The notes under the pieces: generated by a model
Database searches by the model: none
What the model saw: the letters and a program-made list of their open reading frames with translations, nothing else
Told to the model about the DNA's origin: nothing
Translations under genes and position numbers: made by a program
NCBI RefSeq assembly: GCF_964188315.1
Contig: NC_135655.1
Coordinates: 100,440,001 to 100,504,000, forward strand
Direction of reading: 5' to 3'
Length of the DNA: 64,000 bases
DNA from: Podarcis muralis
Lineage: Eukaryota
Shown: positions 50,796 to 63,326 of the stretch, piece by piece
Position numbering within the stretch: the first letter of the stretch is position 1
Layout: each line of letters begins with the position of its first letter

Positions 50796-53642
50796 CATGT
50801 CATTCTCCAACATCAAATGGATGGTGTTTAGCTATAGGATTGTGATTCATCACTCTTCATGTGTTCATTCAACTTCCCAATGATGCTTGACAAAGGCTAT
50901 GTTTGTCATAGGGTGAAAACATGCATATCATTTAAGCAGAAACTGTCTGTGCCAAGTGCCGATTGGCTGGTTCCCATGCTGTCATTCAGAAATGCAGAGC
51001 ACTTTTTACATTTTTCCTCCCAAAGTGCTTGTTTTAACTAAGGTGACAATGAACAGATACATTTGTGAGTGTTTCAAATAAAGGTGGAGAACCTTCCTTG
51101 AACTTGGGGGAGGGACATTATAAAAGCCAGGAGGAAGCCAAGCTCATAGATTGGCCTGAGAATTCAATGTGGGGAGGAGGTGCTTAAGGCAGAGCCAAAC
51201 ATTCTTAAACAGAATCTTTCTATCAAAATTGAGGACATCCAGGAAGAATGTGAAAGGTTTTTGTCGACCTGCTCCAGTTCACTTTCTCTCAGCTTTCTCA
51301 CTGTTTCACTGAACATGTTGCCATGCATTATTTTCTAGGGCTGTCTCTCCCTTCTGCCTCAGAGGAGAAAAGATGAAAAGGTACCAGGAAGTCATGTCTC
51401 CAGCCTACATTATATGCCTGGAAAAGGAGCATTGTTGCAGCAGAAAAAGTGAAGCATCTCTGGCAATAAATGGGATAAAAAAATAAAATCCCTATTCCAA
51501 TATTTCTGTGTCTTCCCCCCAACACAATATCTGAAATGACCCCTGAACTTTGCAGCCGGCTAATGAAGTCACCAGACTCAGGCCATGTGGCTGAGCCCCT
51601 TGTCATCTTCATCCATAAAAAACCCCAAACAACTGTACAGGCACAAGAACTAATCAGTTGTGACATCAGCTGAATGTAAATATATCTGATGAGAATTCTG
51701 TGATATATGACACTGGTGATTTGGAATAGGAAGCAGATAGTATGTATTAGGGGATTTTTCACAGGTTTTTTTTAAAAGAGGGTGATACATTTTAGTCTTG
51801 TTGAGGTCCATTAAGAACCAACAACTAAAAAACCCCCAAACCCAATTGTATTGCAAATGGGAACTCAGACACATCTGCCATGCCATTGCAGTTATAACCC
51901 TTAAATCATGTGCAGTCAGATTATTCAAGATTATAGGGCTTGGTTAGCAATTATTTAAAAAATAAATAATAATAACCTGTTGGGTCAAATTACTGCACAA
52001 AACATGAAGCATTCATGCAACGCACATAGCAGATATCACATGCATATTATGACTACTTTAATGTCAATATGGTTTTCAAAAAAATGTAGCAAGTATAGTT
52101 AGCTACTGCTTAAAAGAAATGTTTGGGGTGGGGGTACACAAACAAACTCCCCCCCTTTGGCATCAAGTTTATTTATTTGACAGCGATGCAGTTGCTTACA
52201 TTTTTACAAATGTTTTATTTCTCCTTCCTCTGCACCTGTCCCTCAGTGAATAGAGACACATCTGTCTCTTCTTGGCATGACAAGCACACATCTACATCTG
52301 TGAAAGATGATTCCATTTTTGAAGGAACCAGTGTACACTTTTACACTCCCTCTGTCTGCTAGGAAATATTACACAATGAATTTTGTGTCTTGCAGGAAGG
52401 CTTCTCAATAGTGAATGGAAAGCTTGGAATGGATACAGCAAAATTAAAATCCTCCTGGAAATCCTTTTTCTTCTTCTTTCTCTTAATACCTTATGGTTTT
52501 CACTGAAAGCCAATATAATTTTACTTTAAACTTCATGCATTCACCCTTTCTTGAATTTAGGGCTTGCAATATTTGTGGTGCTCATTTAAATCATCTGGAA
52601 ATGGGAATTTGGAGAACAGTTGGGATGGTGAGACAATACGGAAGCCTTCACTTGCAGAATAGTATATCATGTCCTGCCGAGGCTAGCAATGAGCGAAAAT
52701 GTTCACCATCTGAAGGTTTTTTAGCAGCTTATGTGAAATAGAGGAGTGTTCCCAGCTTATTTCATTAGGTATATTTATTGTCAAAGCACACACAGATACA
52801 CACACACATATATACATGCACCCAGCCGGCACCAACCTATCATCCAAATTGTCAGTGGTATAAACAGTGATATAAGCACAGCTTTCAGCTTCATTGACTT
52901 GGAGGAACCAGGAGTGGTGTCCTCAGGCACACAGCTGTACAGAGAAGCTATGGTATGGCGAGACCCAGTTGTCTACATGGGGTCTGTGATTATGGTAGCT
53001 TGACACCCACTTTACATAACAGTGTCTCCATCTCAGACCCTTGTAGGTGGGTATATAACATCTCACACATTCATTGTTTCTACATTTGATGAAGTAGATT
53101 CTTGCCTAAGAAAAATCATGGTACCATTTTTGTAGCATAGAGGGTATCACAGAGCTCTTCTTCATTGAAGCTCTCATTATAATTATGTTGACCAGCGAGA
53201 CATGTGAAAACTGATCCCTGGCCACCAGAAATTTCACTTGCCTTGCTTAGCTTCCCTCCAAATTTTCCTCATTTTTTTTTGTTTGTTTGTTTAGGCAACA
53301 CAAGGCATCAGAGTGTTGTGACTGAGCTAACATTGAAAGTGACTTGACTTGGTTCTCTTATATTTAGCTTGAGGTGACCCTTTCACAATAGGATTGCAAA
53401 CCCATTAGATACCCATTGAAGCTACCTGAGGATGGTAGAGCACAGTGCATTTCTTCATCATGGGGCTTCCATTGCATATGCAGTGTGAAGATAACAGTTC
53501 TGAAATGTATCATTCACTCAGAATTTTTAGCTACTATTGCTTGCTGTTAAGGCTTATTTCTGTGTGTTTTCTAGTTTGAAGAAAGGATGAAAAACATATT
53601 GACAGAGTGTTATATAATGTGTATTATTTACTTGAGAGCTGT

Positions 53643-53840
53643 TCTGGTCTATTGGGTAAATATATAGTCAGGCAGTTTTAAAAAACACGTATTATGTACC
53701 CAAGAGACCAGAAAGCCTTTGAATGAGCTTTTACAGTCTATTGGGTAAATATGTATTTAGGCAATTTTTCAAAATACATTACAACTCCTTCAGTGCCATT
53801 CTGGTCAATTGGTTAAATATGTATTTAGGCACTATTTTTT
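53643..53840. repeat. three spaced copies of an approximately 30-bp motif
   Basis: GTC(T/A)ATTGG(G/T)TAAATAT...AGGCA at 53647, 53736 and 53804. Confidence 0.85.
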
Positions 53841-54311
53841 AAAGTGCCTTTTATGTAGCTGATAGACTGAGGAGCAGTAGCCGCTAAATATGTTTCAGAA
53901 TTCTTAAACATGTGTAATTTACATTATTCCATACATTTTGAGCTGATTCCTGCCACTGAGTGTTTTGTTTCTTTGGAATGCATTGCAGTATATTATGGCA
54001 CTTAATGACAAAAAATAGAGGCCTTAGATAATGTCTCAGGGCTGGATGGAGCGCTATTTATATTGCTCATGTGTATATATTTTAGCTAGAGAGATTTTCA
54101 TTGTATTTTGTGAAACTTAACGATTAAACCCAACTTCGCGTAAATGAACTTCCTCATGCAACAGAATTCCTCTACTCTCACCCACCTAGAAGTTCCTCAG
54201 TCCTCTGGAACAGATTTTGGTGTGGAGAGGAAGAGGGCTTCCACAGGTCTGGTGGAGGTCATCTCTTAGCAGTGTGTAATGGTATCTGGTTAGAAAGTAT
54301 CCAAGGTGGTC

Positions 54312-54550
54312 TACTACCTTGGGTTAAGTACTTAATTCATTCCGGAGGTCCATTCTTAACCTGAAACTGTTCTTAACCTGAAGCACCACTTTAGCTAATG
54401 GGGCCTCCTGCTGCCACTACACCGCCGGAGCACGATTTCTGTTCTCATCCTGAAGCAAAGTTATTAATCCAAGGTACTATTTCAGGGTTAGCGGAGTCTG
54501 TAACCTGAAGTGCCTGTAACCTGAAGCATATGTAACCTGAGGCACCACTG
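54312..54550. mobile_element. Tc1/mariner (Tigger-like) MITE, reverse orientation
   Basis: Ends GAGGCACCACTG|TA; internal sequence matches 45642-45867; left TIR degenerate. Confidence 0.85.
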
Positions 54551-56586
54551 TAGTTTGGCTACTGCTTCCAGAAACATGGCAGTGAATCTTGAGAAGCTGA
54601 CCCTCTGCCCTCCAGTGGCACTAGGGCATCAGCAGGTTATTTAATCTGGAGAGGGGTCAAGGGCTCCATGTTCCCTCATACTGGGAGATGTCCCTTAAGA
54701 AGCCTTAGGTGGCGGGTGAGGCATAGGCCAACAGACCTTTAAGACTGACTGGCATCACTATTGCTGCTGTGGTGGGAGGAGTGACAACCAGGGGAACAGG
54801 GTCAGCTGTTACGGGTGGAGATGACCTGTCCACCTACTCACATTCTGTAGCTGGTGATCTGGGTCAAGCTTTTCTGACATTCATGTGCCAGAATGCCATG
54901 CTGCATCCAATAAACAGGCACACTTTTTTTTTTTTGGCCATAATCTCATGTCATGTGATTTCTTTCCTTCTGTCCCTGTCTCCTGGCTGCTGGCACAGTT
55001 TGAAATATCATTTTTGAATAACTACAATTTGCAGTTATTCTTATCAATATCTTAGAGGAACAACTGCCATTTCTGATGTGTTGCATATTTGCTTCATGCT
55101 CTACATTTCCCCATTCACACTTTCCCTCCTTCCACTCATCTTTGTTCTTTTCTCCTTTCTTTTCCTCTCTTTTCTTTTACTATATTGCCACCTGCTTTAT
55201 GCTTATGGACTATTTTGGATTAATTTCTGTATATGTGAAAATGCCGCAGCCAACCAAACGATCAACCAAACAGAACAGCACAGAAGCAAAGGCATTGCAT
55301 AATGCAAAATAAAAGACCAGACGATATTTCTATTGAAACATCAAATCACATCTGATGTGAATCACATGAAGCTATGCAGACCAAACCCCTCCCTAAACAA
55401 CATGTTGCTTTCCCCCTCACATAATGTTGGAGTTGTACAGCATATGCTGAAGTACCCCCAAACTATTGTGTGTTCATTTGTCTGGGGAGTTAATTACTTT
55501 AAGAATGCCAAGTATTTGCCAGCTAGCTCCTCCGCTTTCACTGTACTCTAAATTGCTGTCAACTAAATTGCTGGTATGTGGCTGACCTTGACCTCGTGTT
55601 GAGCAAACGCTAGCAATGCTAGTGTTCCACCTGTTGTGTTCCTGCGCACGAGGGCTTTCTAAAGGTGTTGATTCTGTGTCTTGACTGCCCCACTTGAAAC
55701 GGCAGGTGGGGCTCATATGATGGAATAGCTCTGCATACAGAATAATTCTCTCCATCTAGAAAGCTAGATATCCAGGGGAAATGTTCTAGCCTACCCTCCT
55801 CTCTGACACATTAACTTTCTATGTGCAAATATTCAGCCTTCCCTAGAATAGAATGTGTGTTTAAAAGGGTTGGAAGAGATGGGCAAATCTGCCAATTAGG
55901 TTTCTCTGTTTCTCATCCTCCCCACCCACAAAGCTTAAGTTAATGTTCTTATATTTTCACCCCTGTATGCCATTTTTTAAATTAAAGAAGTCTTCAAGAA
56001 TATTAATCAGCATTTTGAGATGTATTTTTTCCTAATGTATTCCCTCTTAGATGCAACTTTGCCTAATGCAGATTTTTTTTGCAAGCAGCTTTCCCTAATG
56101 TAATGAATTTTGCACAATTTTTTTCCCATTAAATATATGTATTTATGTGCACAATTTGCCATAATAGATGCTTTTTCTGCATCGCAAAATTCAGAGAGTG
56201 AACTTCAAAGGCTCGCTGTGTTTTACTTCACATATTATTTCAGGAAATATGAATTAGGTTCACGTTAGAATGTGACTTTAAATGAATTTCTTCCTAGGGA
56301 GGGAGGATGATCTCAGCTTCTCCTAAGGGTCAAAAGGGGCTTAAGTACCCACTTCACAGGCAGGAGAATAAGACTGGGCAACTCCAAGACCCAGTCACTG
56401 ACCCAGCCAGGATAGAGGGCTCAGGGACTAATCAGTATTCAGCCCGGCTACAACATCTCCATCGCTGAGCTTGTGTTTCTGAACACATGATATCCTTAAA
56501 CGAACAGTTGCAATTACACTCCTTCTCCATGACAGAGGAGGTGACAGCCTGGCTGAGGAATGACTCAGGATAGACTCAACCTTACC

Positions 56587-56750
56587 TAGGGTTGTCAAAG
56601 GGTTGTCCAAGAAATTTCAGACATACGGCAACCCTACCTTACCATTTCCCCAGACAACTTTACCTAGGGTTGCCATATTTCAAATAGTGAAGCTGTTAAC
56701 CTTTTTGGGGGCAAAGTTATTGAGGAAATTCCAGACACATGGGAACCCTA
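56587..56750. mobile_element. two adjacent mini-MITEs (TAGGGTTG...AACCCTA)
   Basis: 56587-56636 flanked by CCTTACC, and 56665-56750 flanked by CTTTACC. Confidence 0.7.
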
Positions 56751-57989
56751 CTTTACCGTTTTCCCAGGAGCTCCAGTTTAGTTCCAAAGGTATCACAGCC
56801 CTGCCAGGAGAACCCATGATGCCCACCTGTATTAAAACAAAACATCCAGGTGTCTCAGCTTTCACAGTTCCAATATAAATCAGTCCTTTTCTTCCAACCA
56901 CTCTGTAAATGATTGGTCCTTCTTCATGTAATGGATAGTATACAATCAAAAATGAGAGGTTAGTATTCATATTGGGAATCAGCACCAGGGAATGATATTG
57001 GCTGTGGAGTCAGACACAAGTCCATTCACACTCCAGGTAAGTCTTCAAGCTGGCATCAGACCAAAGTTTCAATCACTGTCTTCAGAATTTGCATGATCAC
57101 ACATTCTCCAAACATATTTGTTTCCATAAAAATGAATGCGTGTTTCACTGGGAGACTGATGAAATGTTGCATGTAGCTACTTGATTTCGGTGTGTATTCA
57201 AAAATCCCTATTGGCCAACCCAGTGTAGTTATTGCAAACAGGAAAAAAAAAGTGTAGAAAGGAAAATGTGTGTTTTGCCATGTGTAATGAAGGATGGCAC
57301 ATTCTGAATTTTTGTTTGCTTACATTTCTCTTTGTAATAATATAGCATGTCTTTACACTGAAGCCTTAGAAATGCAGGTACCAAGAACCATACCTCTATC
57401 ATCATCCAGGAATTCCCCCCCCCCAAAAAAACTAAGTAACAGAAGTCTTTTTTCCTTGCTAGAATTAAGGAAACTTCTTTGGGTTTATTCAGGTCTCACA
57501 TGTGCTCAGTGACTGTGTTTAAATCCTGCAAGTCAGACTTGTCACAGTCGTAGCTTGGAGATACACACACAACTGAATACCTATGGGAGGCCCACAGGTA
57601 GGACAGAAGGGCAATAGCCCTTTCCAGATGTTCCCAAGTAGCTGGCATTCAGGTGAATGCTTCCACTAATCCTCAAGGTAGTATGTGCACATTATGCATG
57701 GTTGCCAGTGGTAGCCTTAACCATGAGCATGTTTCACTCATGACTCAAAATGCATCTCCTGAAAAACTTGGATAACCCATGTCTCTCAGAGAAGATAATA
57801 CTAAGCTAAAAGCACCAAAGTGTACATATTCAACTGGCCATCCTTTTCTCATTTCTGAATCATTAATGTGGCACACCAAGGGAAGGAAACCATGATGCAA
57901 CAATTCACACAGGAGAAGCCAGCACCACAACAGCACACATGCTTTCCTCCTAGTCTGCACACTAAAGCACACACCAGATATGTTGGACA

Positions 57990-58249
57990 CTGGGCCAAGT
58001 TCCCATAGGATACAGTGGTGACCACCAACTTGGACAGCTTTAGAAGGGGTTTAGACAAAATCATGGAGGATAACGCTATCCTCCTACTAGTCGTGATGGC
58101 ATTGCTGGGGAATACAAGTGGGAAGAGTGTTGCTGTGCTCATATTCTTCCTCTTGGCCTCCTATAGACATCGAGTTGGGCACTGTGAGAACAGGCCGATA
58201 GACAAGATCAGTCCTTGGTCTGATCCAGCAGGGTTCTTCTCATGTTCTT
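57990..58249 (+). mobile_element. CR1 LINE 3' end
   Basis: CCACCAACTTGGACAGCTTTAG..TTAGACAAAATCATGGAGGATAA...GGTCTGATCCAGCAGGG..CTTCTCATGTTCTTA terminus. Confidence 0.8.
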
Positions 58250-58856
58250 AAGGCACACAAAGGCATATTGTGCCTGAATCCTGGATATAACTTTCAGGGT
58301 TAGCTGCTATTGCTTAGAAAAACTTGCATTGCATGACATTACTTTAATGCCAATCTAGCAGGAGAAAAGAATGGGGAAAGCTTCTAAACAGAGAAAGGAA
58401 TACATTAAAAGGATTACTATGTCGTTTTTAAGATATATATAGCTAATTTCATTTTTCCTCATAATTCTTTGAGGTCCTAACTGATGGGAAACAAAGACAA
58501 CAAAATGCATTTATATATGGTGCACAAATGCATTTTTGTGTTAGGTATAAGTTTGCTTGTTTGTGAAAACATTCCTAACCGGGAACTCCTCCAAAAAACA
58601 CTTCGGCATAACATCTTGGAACTTTCTCAACAGTTGTATTTGTTCCTTCTCCACACCTCATCCCTAGTGCATAGAGGCACATCTGTCTGTTTTCTGCCTT
58701 ATCAAGCAGACATCTACATCTGTGAGGAAAACTTCCACTTCCTCAGCTAAAAACCTGTATCTGATTGTGGTAATAAAGCACTACTTCCTCAGTTCAAAAC
58801 ATACATCAGACAAGGCCAATTACTTCAAATGACTTAGAGCAACAGGCAAAGCAATA

Positions 58857-58988
58857 NNNNNNNNNNNNNNNNNNNNNNNNNNNNNNNNNNNNNNNNNNNN
58901 NNNNNNNNNNNNNNNNNNNNNNNNNNNNNNNNNNNNNNNNNNNNNNNNNNNNNNNNNNNNNNNNNNNNNNNNNNNNNNNNNNNNNNNN
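58857..58988. other. N gap
   Basis: Run of N (132 nt). Confidence 0.99.
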
Positions 58989-59309
58989 AAAGAAAGCAGC
59001 TCACCCGCTGAGGGAAAAGAGGGGGGATAAAGGAAGAAAAAGAAAAACCCAAACATTTTGATTTATTTTTTTGGAGAGGGGGAGATGAGCAAAGGGTTTT
59101 CGTTTTGCTCTTTAGGGGGAAAAAAGAAACAAAAAGGTACGGCACATTCTTGAACCAGTAACAAAAATAACAACATTCAAGTTCTGTTTAAAGTGCGGTA
59201 GTAACGTAACTAGATTATCAAATCACTCACAAGAGCAATACAACATGTAATCCGGTCCAAGACTGCCGAGTGAATTTCACAGCCTTTTAATCATTTATTG
59301 TAAACTAGG

Positions 59310-59540
59310 ATGGGCTTGCAGTGTTATTAGCAGGACTCAGAGCCTTTCACCTGCAGGTCACCCATTTGGATCTGGCTCAGGTTGGCTGTGACAGAACATT
59401 GTTACCATCTGGTAGCTATTGGGTCGCCTGCGTCAAATGAGTTTGTGGATTCCATCCAGCTCCTGGAGGAGAGATGTCTGCAGGAACTAACATTACAATT
59501 TGTACTAATTGGCACATTCAGTGGGTAGCCTAAGCCAAAT
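59310..59540 (+). mobile_element. LF-SINE (ancient lobe-finned-fish SINE) remnant
   Basis: Collinear blocks GAGCCTTTCACCT..AGGTCAC, GTTACCATCTG, AAATGAGTT.GTGG, TCCAG.TCCT and ACTAATTGGCAC match the LF-SINE consensus as I recall it. Confidence 0.75.
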
Positions 59541-61031
59541 GCTAATGATCAGGTAGGAAGAGGCCTGATCCAAAGAAAAACTTGGATACATGTGCTCTTC
59601 TAGGGCTGTCATCAATGCAAATGGATCTTTTATTTTTATTTGGCAGAATTTATATGCTGCTTAAGACTCTGCTACAGATATGAATATAGATATGACTATA
59701 TCATGGAGCAATCTATGGCTTTGTTTAGCACTGGTTTTACCTCAGACTAGACTCAGAGGAGACCCGTTGGAGGCAATGTACCTAACTGAGTTATGCTCAT
59801 TAACTTCAATGGGTCTCCTCTGAGCATGATTAACACTGGATGCAAACCAGTTTTTCATCTCTGCATTCCACATTTGAGCTTCCATGTAGCTTTGATTAGG
59901 TGAAGTTCAAATGTTCTTCCACATCATTCAGCAACTGATTGAATAGATAGTAGCAAAGTAATGGTCTTGTTACACACTTCCCGTTCTTTTTGGCTTTATA
60001 GTTACGTATTCAATTTGTCTCCCTTCAAAGGCCATGTTGCCATCGCCAGAGCCATTTTCCTGTGATTCTGACAACGCTGCTGGCAAGGAGCATGTGTGAG
60101 AACGGCATGCTGGGTGGCTGCTTCCTCTGCCACAGTCGCCCCTTCCTAAGGACTGCTGGTACTGCCATGGGAAGCAATCATCATGCCATCTTGCTTGCCA
60201 GGTGGCTGTTATTACGAGCGTGGCATGGGGATGGACCATGTGGCTAAACTGGCGTCAGTGGGATGATCAGCCTCGTTGCAATTATGTTCAATTTGACCTG
60301 TTGCTGCCATCTAAGCATCAGTGCAATTTCAGTAACAAAATCTGTATCTCTTCATATCTGTCTTTCTCAAGCTTTTTGAACATGGACCCTTTTCTAAGTT
60401 AACCTCCAACGAACAAATGGCGACTGTCTCTTTGGTAGGTGAGCACACAAGAATCCTTATCTGTGCATAGCTTTCTGCTGTCAGCTTATTGCTCTGTGAT
60501 CTGGCAAACAAGTCTACCTCTGGCACTGGAAGAGGCCTAGAACAGGGATCACAGATTATTCCTAAAAACATCTAGGCAAGGAAAGAGATAGCAAAGTTGG
60601 ATTTATAATGGCTCAGTTGGAGCAATTGCTCTAGGGCCCTTGCTAATAGGAGACCTAATTCCCTATCCTGCTCCAGTATCTGGCTTGCTAGCCAGCCAGC
60701 CCGCTCTGCCAATGTCTGGCTCTCCAGCCAGCTCACCTGCTGCCCCAGCTGCCTCCCTCTTAGGAAACACAGACCTTTCCCACCTCCTATTGGCTTGGAG
60801 AAAGAAAAGGATGAGGGTTCTTGATGAAAACAAACAGGGAAGCAGCAGCAACCATTGTGTAGCGACCTCTGCTAACTCATGCACCTGCTTGATCACACTA
60901 GTCTGGCAAAAAGGTTTCCACTCTATGAACAGAAGGCAGAGACAGAAGGAGGGGTATTCTTCAGTACAGTTTGGGTAGGGGAGAGAGAGAGAGAGAAATC
61001 TCCCTCTCCCAAGGTCTCCCAGTGAGCTTAA

Positions 61032-61396
61032 TGGGTGGCGCTGTGGGTTAAACCACTGTGCCACTTGGGCTTGCCAATCGAAAGGCTGCCGGTTCAAATC
61101 CCTGTGACGGGGTGAGCTCCCATTGTTTGGTCCCAGCTCCTGCCAACCTAGCAGTTCAAAAGCACATCAAAGTGCAAGTAGATAAATAGGTACCACTCCG
61201 GCGGGAAGGTAAATGGCATTTCCGTACGCTGCTCTGGTTTCAGCAGAAGCAGCTTAGTCATGTCTCCACATGACCCAGAAAAACTGTCTGTGGAAGCTCC
61301 CTTGGCCTTAAAGGCTCCCTCGGCCTTTAAAGCGAGAATAGTGCCGCAACCCCAGTTCGCGACTGGACTTAATTGTCAGGGGTCCCTTTACCTTTA
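61032..61396 (-). mobile_element. Sauria SINE
   Basis: GGGTGGCGCTGTGGGTTAAACC...GTGCAAGTAGATAAATAGGTACC...GGGGTCCCTTTACCTTTA. Confidence 0.9.
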
Positions 61397-62424
61397 GAGA
61401 TTTGAACTTGGGTCTTCCCAATCCTAATGCCACATTCTAACCCTTATACCATATGGGGTGTCATTTTGGAATTCCTAAAATTGAAATATTACTGGCATCA
61501 ATTTAGCCCCTACCTCACAAATTCCTGTGTGGGATAATTGGGGAAACTTCTTAATGTGAATTTCACATTTCCGCAAAATTAGCCATATAGCATGCACTCC
61601 TCCTTCTTCATATGCACATTACAAGTTCTGCACATGTTGGGCCAGACTTCTCGTATCCTTAATTCTCCCTATACGCCCCTTCATCCCACATACACAACGG
61701 TCATCATTATTATATGTAATATTACCACTGTCATCATTATGCTCTACTGCCATTACATCTTTCTTCAGGAAAACTGGCAGCTACTTATTACGTCAGGCTA
61801 TTAACTGGATCTTAATTCAATGGCTTGGCGAGATTTGATGCAATGAGATTTGTGGGACCTTTTTTGCCTGGCGATTGCAATGTGCTGCTTTTGACAAGAA
61901 ACTGTGCACAAGAAACAAGAGTTTTACAAAGTGCGCCTTTTAAAGCAGCAGGGGCAGGAGGTCTGAACGGACATTGCACTTCTTCCTTTTGCTTTACCCA
62001 AAGTTGGGGCTTTATCCATAGGTAGGTACAACTTACAAGCTATAAGTGTCGAACTGAAGGGAATCAGCATAAGAAGGTCTCTTAACAACCCTGGAGAACC
62101 ATTGCCACTGAGTGGAGAGAATACTTGATCTGACTTGACATAAGGTGGCTTGCTATGTTCCAGTGTTATCTTCTCAAGGACCTCTGATCATCTTGATTTG
62201 GCCTTTGGAGGCAGGATGAAAAGGAGCTGCTGTGCTTCTAGACAGTAGCTAGACTAATAGGTTAATGGCTCTAAAGCTTCTGCTGTTTAGTATTTCTGGT
62301 TGTATCTCCTGTACACTCCTCATTAACCACCACCACCAAAACAACCCACAAAATGTATTGTGTCATCACCACCATCTGTCCAATGGCTCATGAACCTCTG
62401 GTATGCATGTGAGAATGAATGTGT

Positions 62425-63005
62425 TTTTATTTATTTAAAACATTTATGTATTTAAAGCAGTGCTATTTTTCTAGAAAAAGAGGTGCCGGAACTCACCACA
62501 AACACCTCCTTTGTTCTCTTTTAAAAGCCCTGATTTAAAGCATTTATAAACTGCTCAAGATTTCTAAAATCTCATAAGCAGTGAGATTGTACCATACCTT
62601 TCTTTATAAGTTTAAGCAAAACAAACCTAATATAACATCACTGTACAAATCCACAGAAATTAAATAAAGTAAATACTTTCAAAAACAACATAGCAAAGAG
62701 ACAAAGCACCATTACCCAACAATTGAAACACACTAAACAAAAGCAACCAGTGAAGACCTAAGCTGGGACCAAGAGATTTTTTTTTTTTTTAAAAAAAGCC
62801 CAATTTCCACCTGCTGTCCATACAGTTTACAATGACAAGTGTAGGCACGCCTTCCTGGGAAGAACATTTGACAGCATAGGTACCACCTCCAAAAAGGTCC
62901 TGCAAGTGAACCTGGAGTGAGACCTCAGATACTGAACAGAACACACAACAGGGTACTGATGGAGAAAGATGGTCCTTTAAACTCCTTGGCCCAAATACCA
63001 ATCAA
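62425..63005 (-). mobile_element. old L2-like 3' end, with a truncated hAT piece at about 62457-62520
   Basis: Minus-strand VFGPRSLKDHLSP resembles L2 LGP..LKE.L.P; TTTATTTATTTAAAACATTTAT tail. Confidence 0.45.
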
Positions 63006-63326
63006 TGCACATTCCCTGATTCAGCACAAAATGAAAGAAAATATGAGTAAAATATAATGGAGGCGATTTAAATAATTCCCTTCCAAGTGCCAAGTAGAAA
63101 TAGATAGCTTGACTCTTCTAAATAAAAAATGATGTCAAATTGCTCAAACAGTCCATGGAGACCCTTGGTAGGCTACCCCTCCCCTCCCCACATGGCATTC
63201 TTACTCTTATATTAAAACACACAATAAACCCTTTTCAATTGGAGAGGCTTAATCTATGTGCAAAAAGGGATTTAGAGGCAGATTTTCTTTCTCTTTTCCT
63301 GGAGGCCTCTTTTATTTTCTTTCCAG

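Noticed and set aside
53643-53840. CRISPR-like repeat-spacer array
   Set aside because: Eukaryotic context, only three degenerate repeats, unequal spacers and no cas genes
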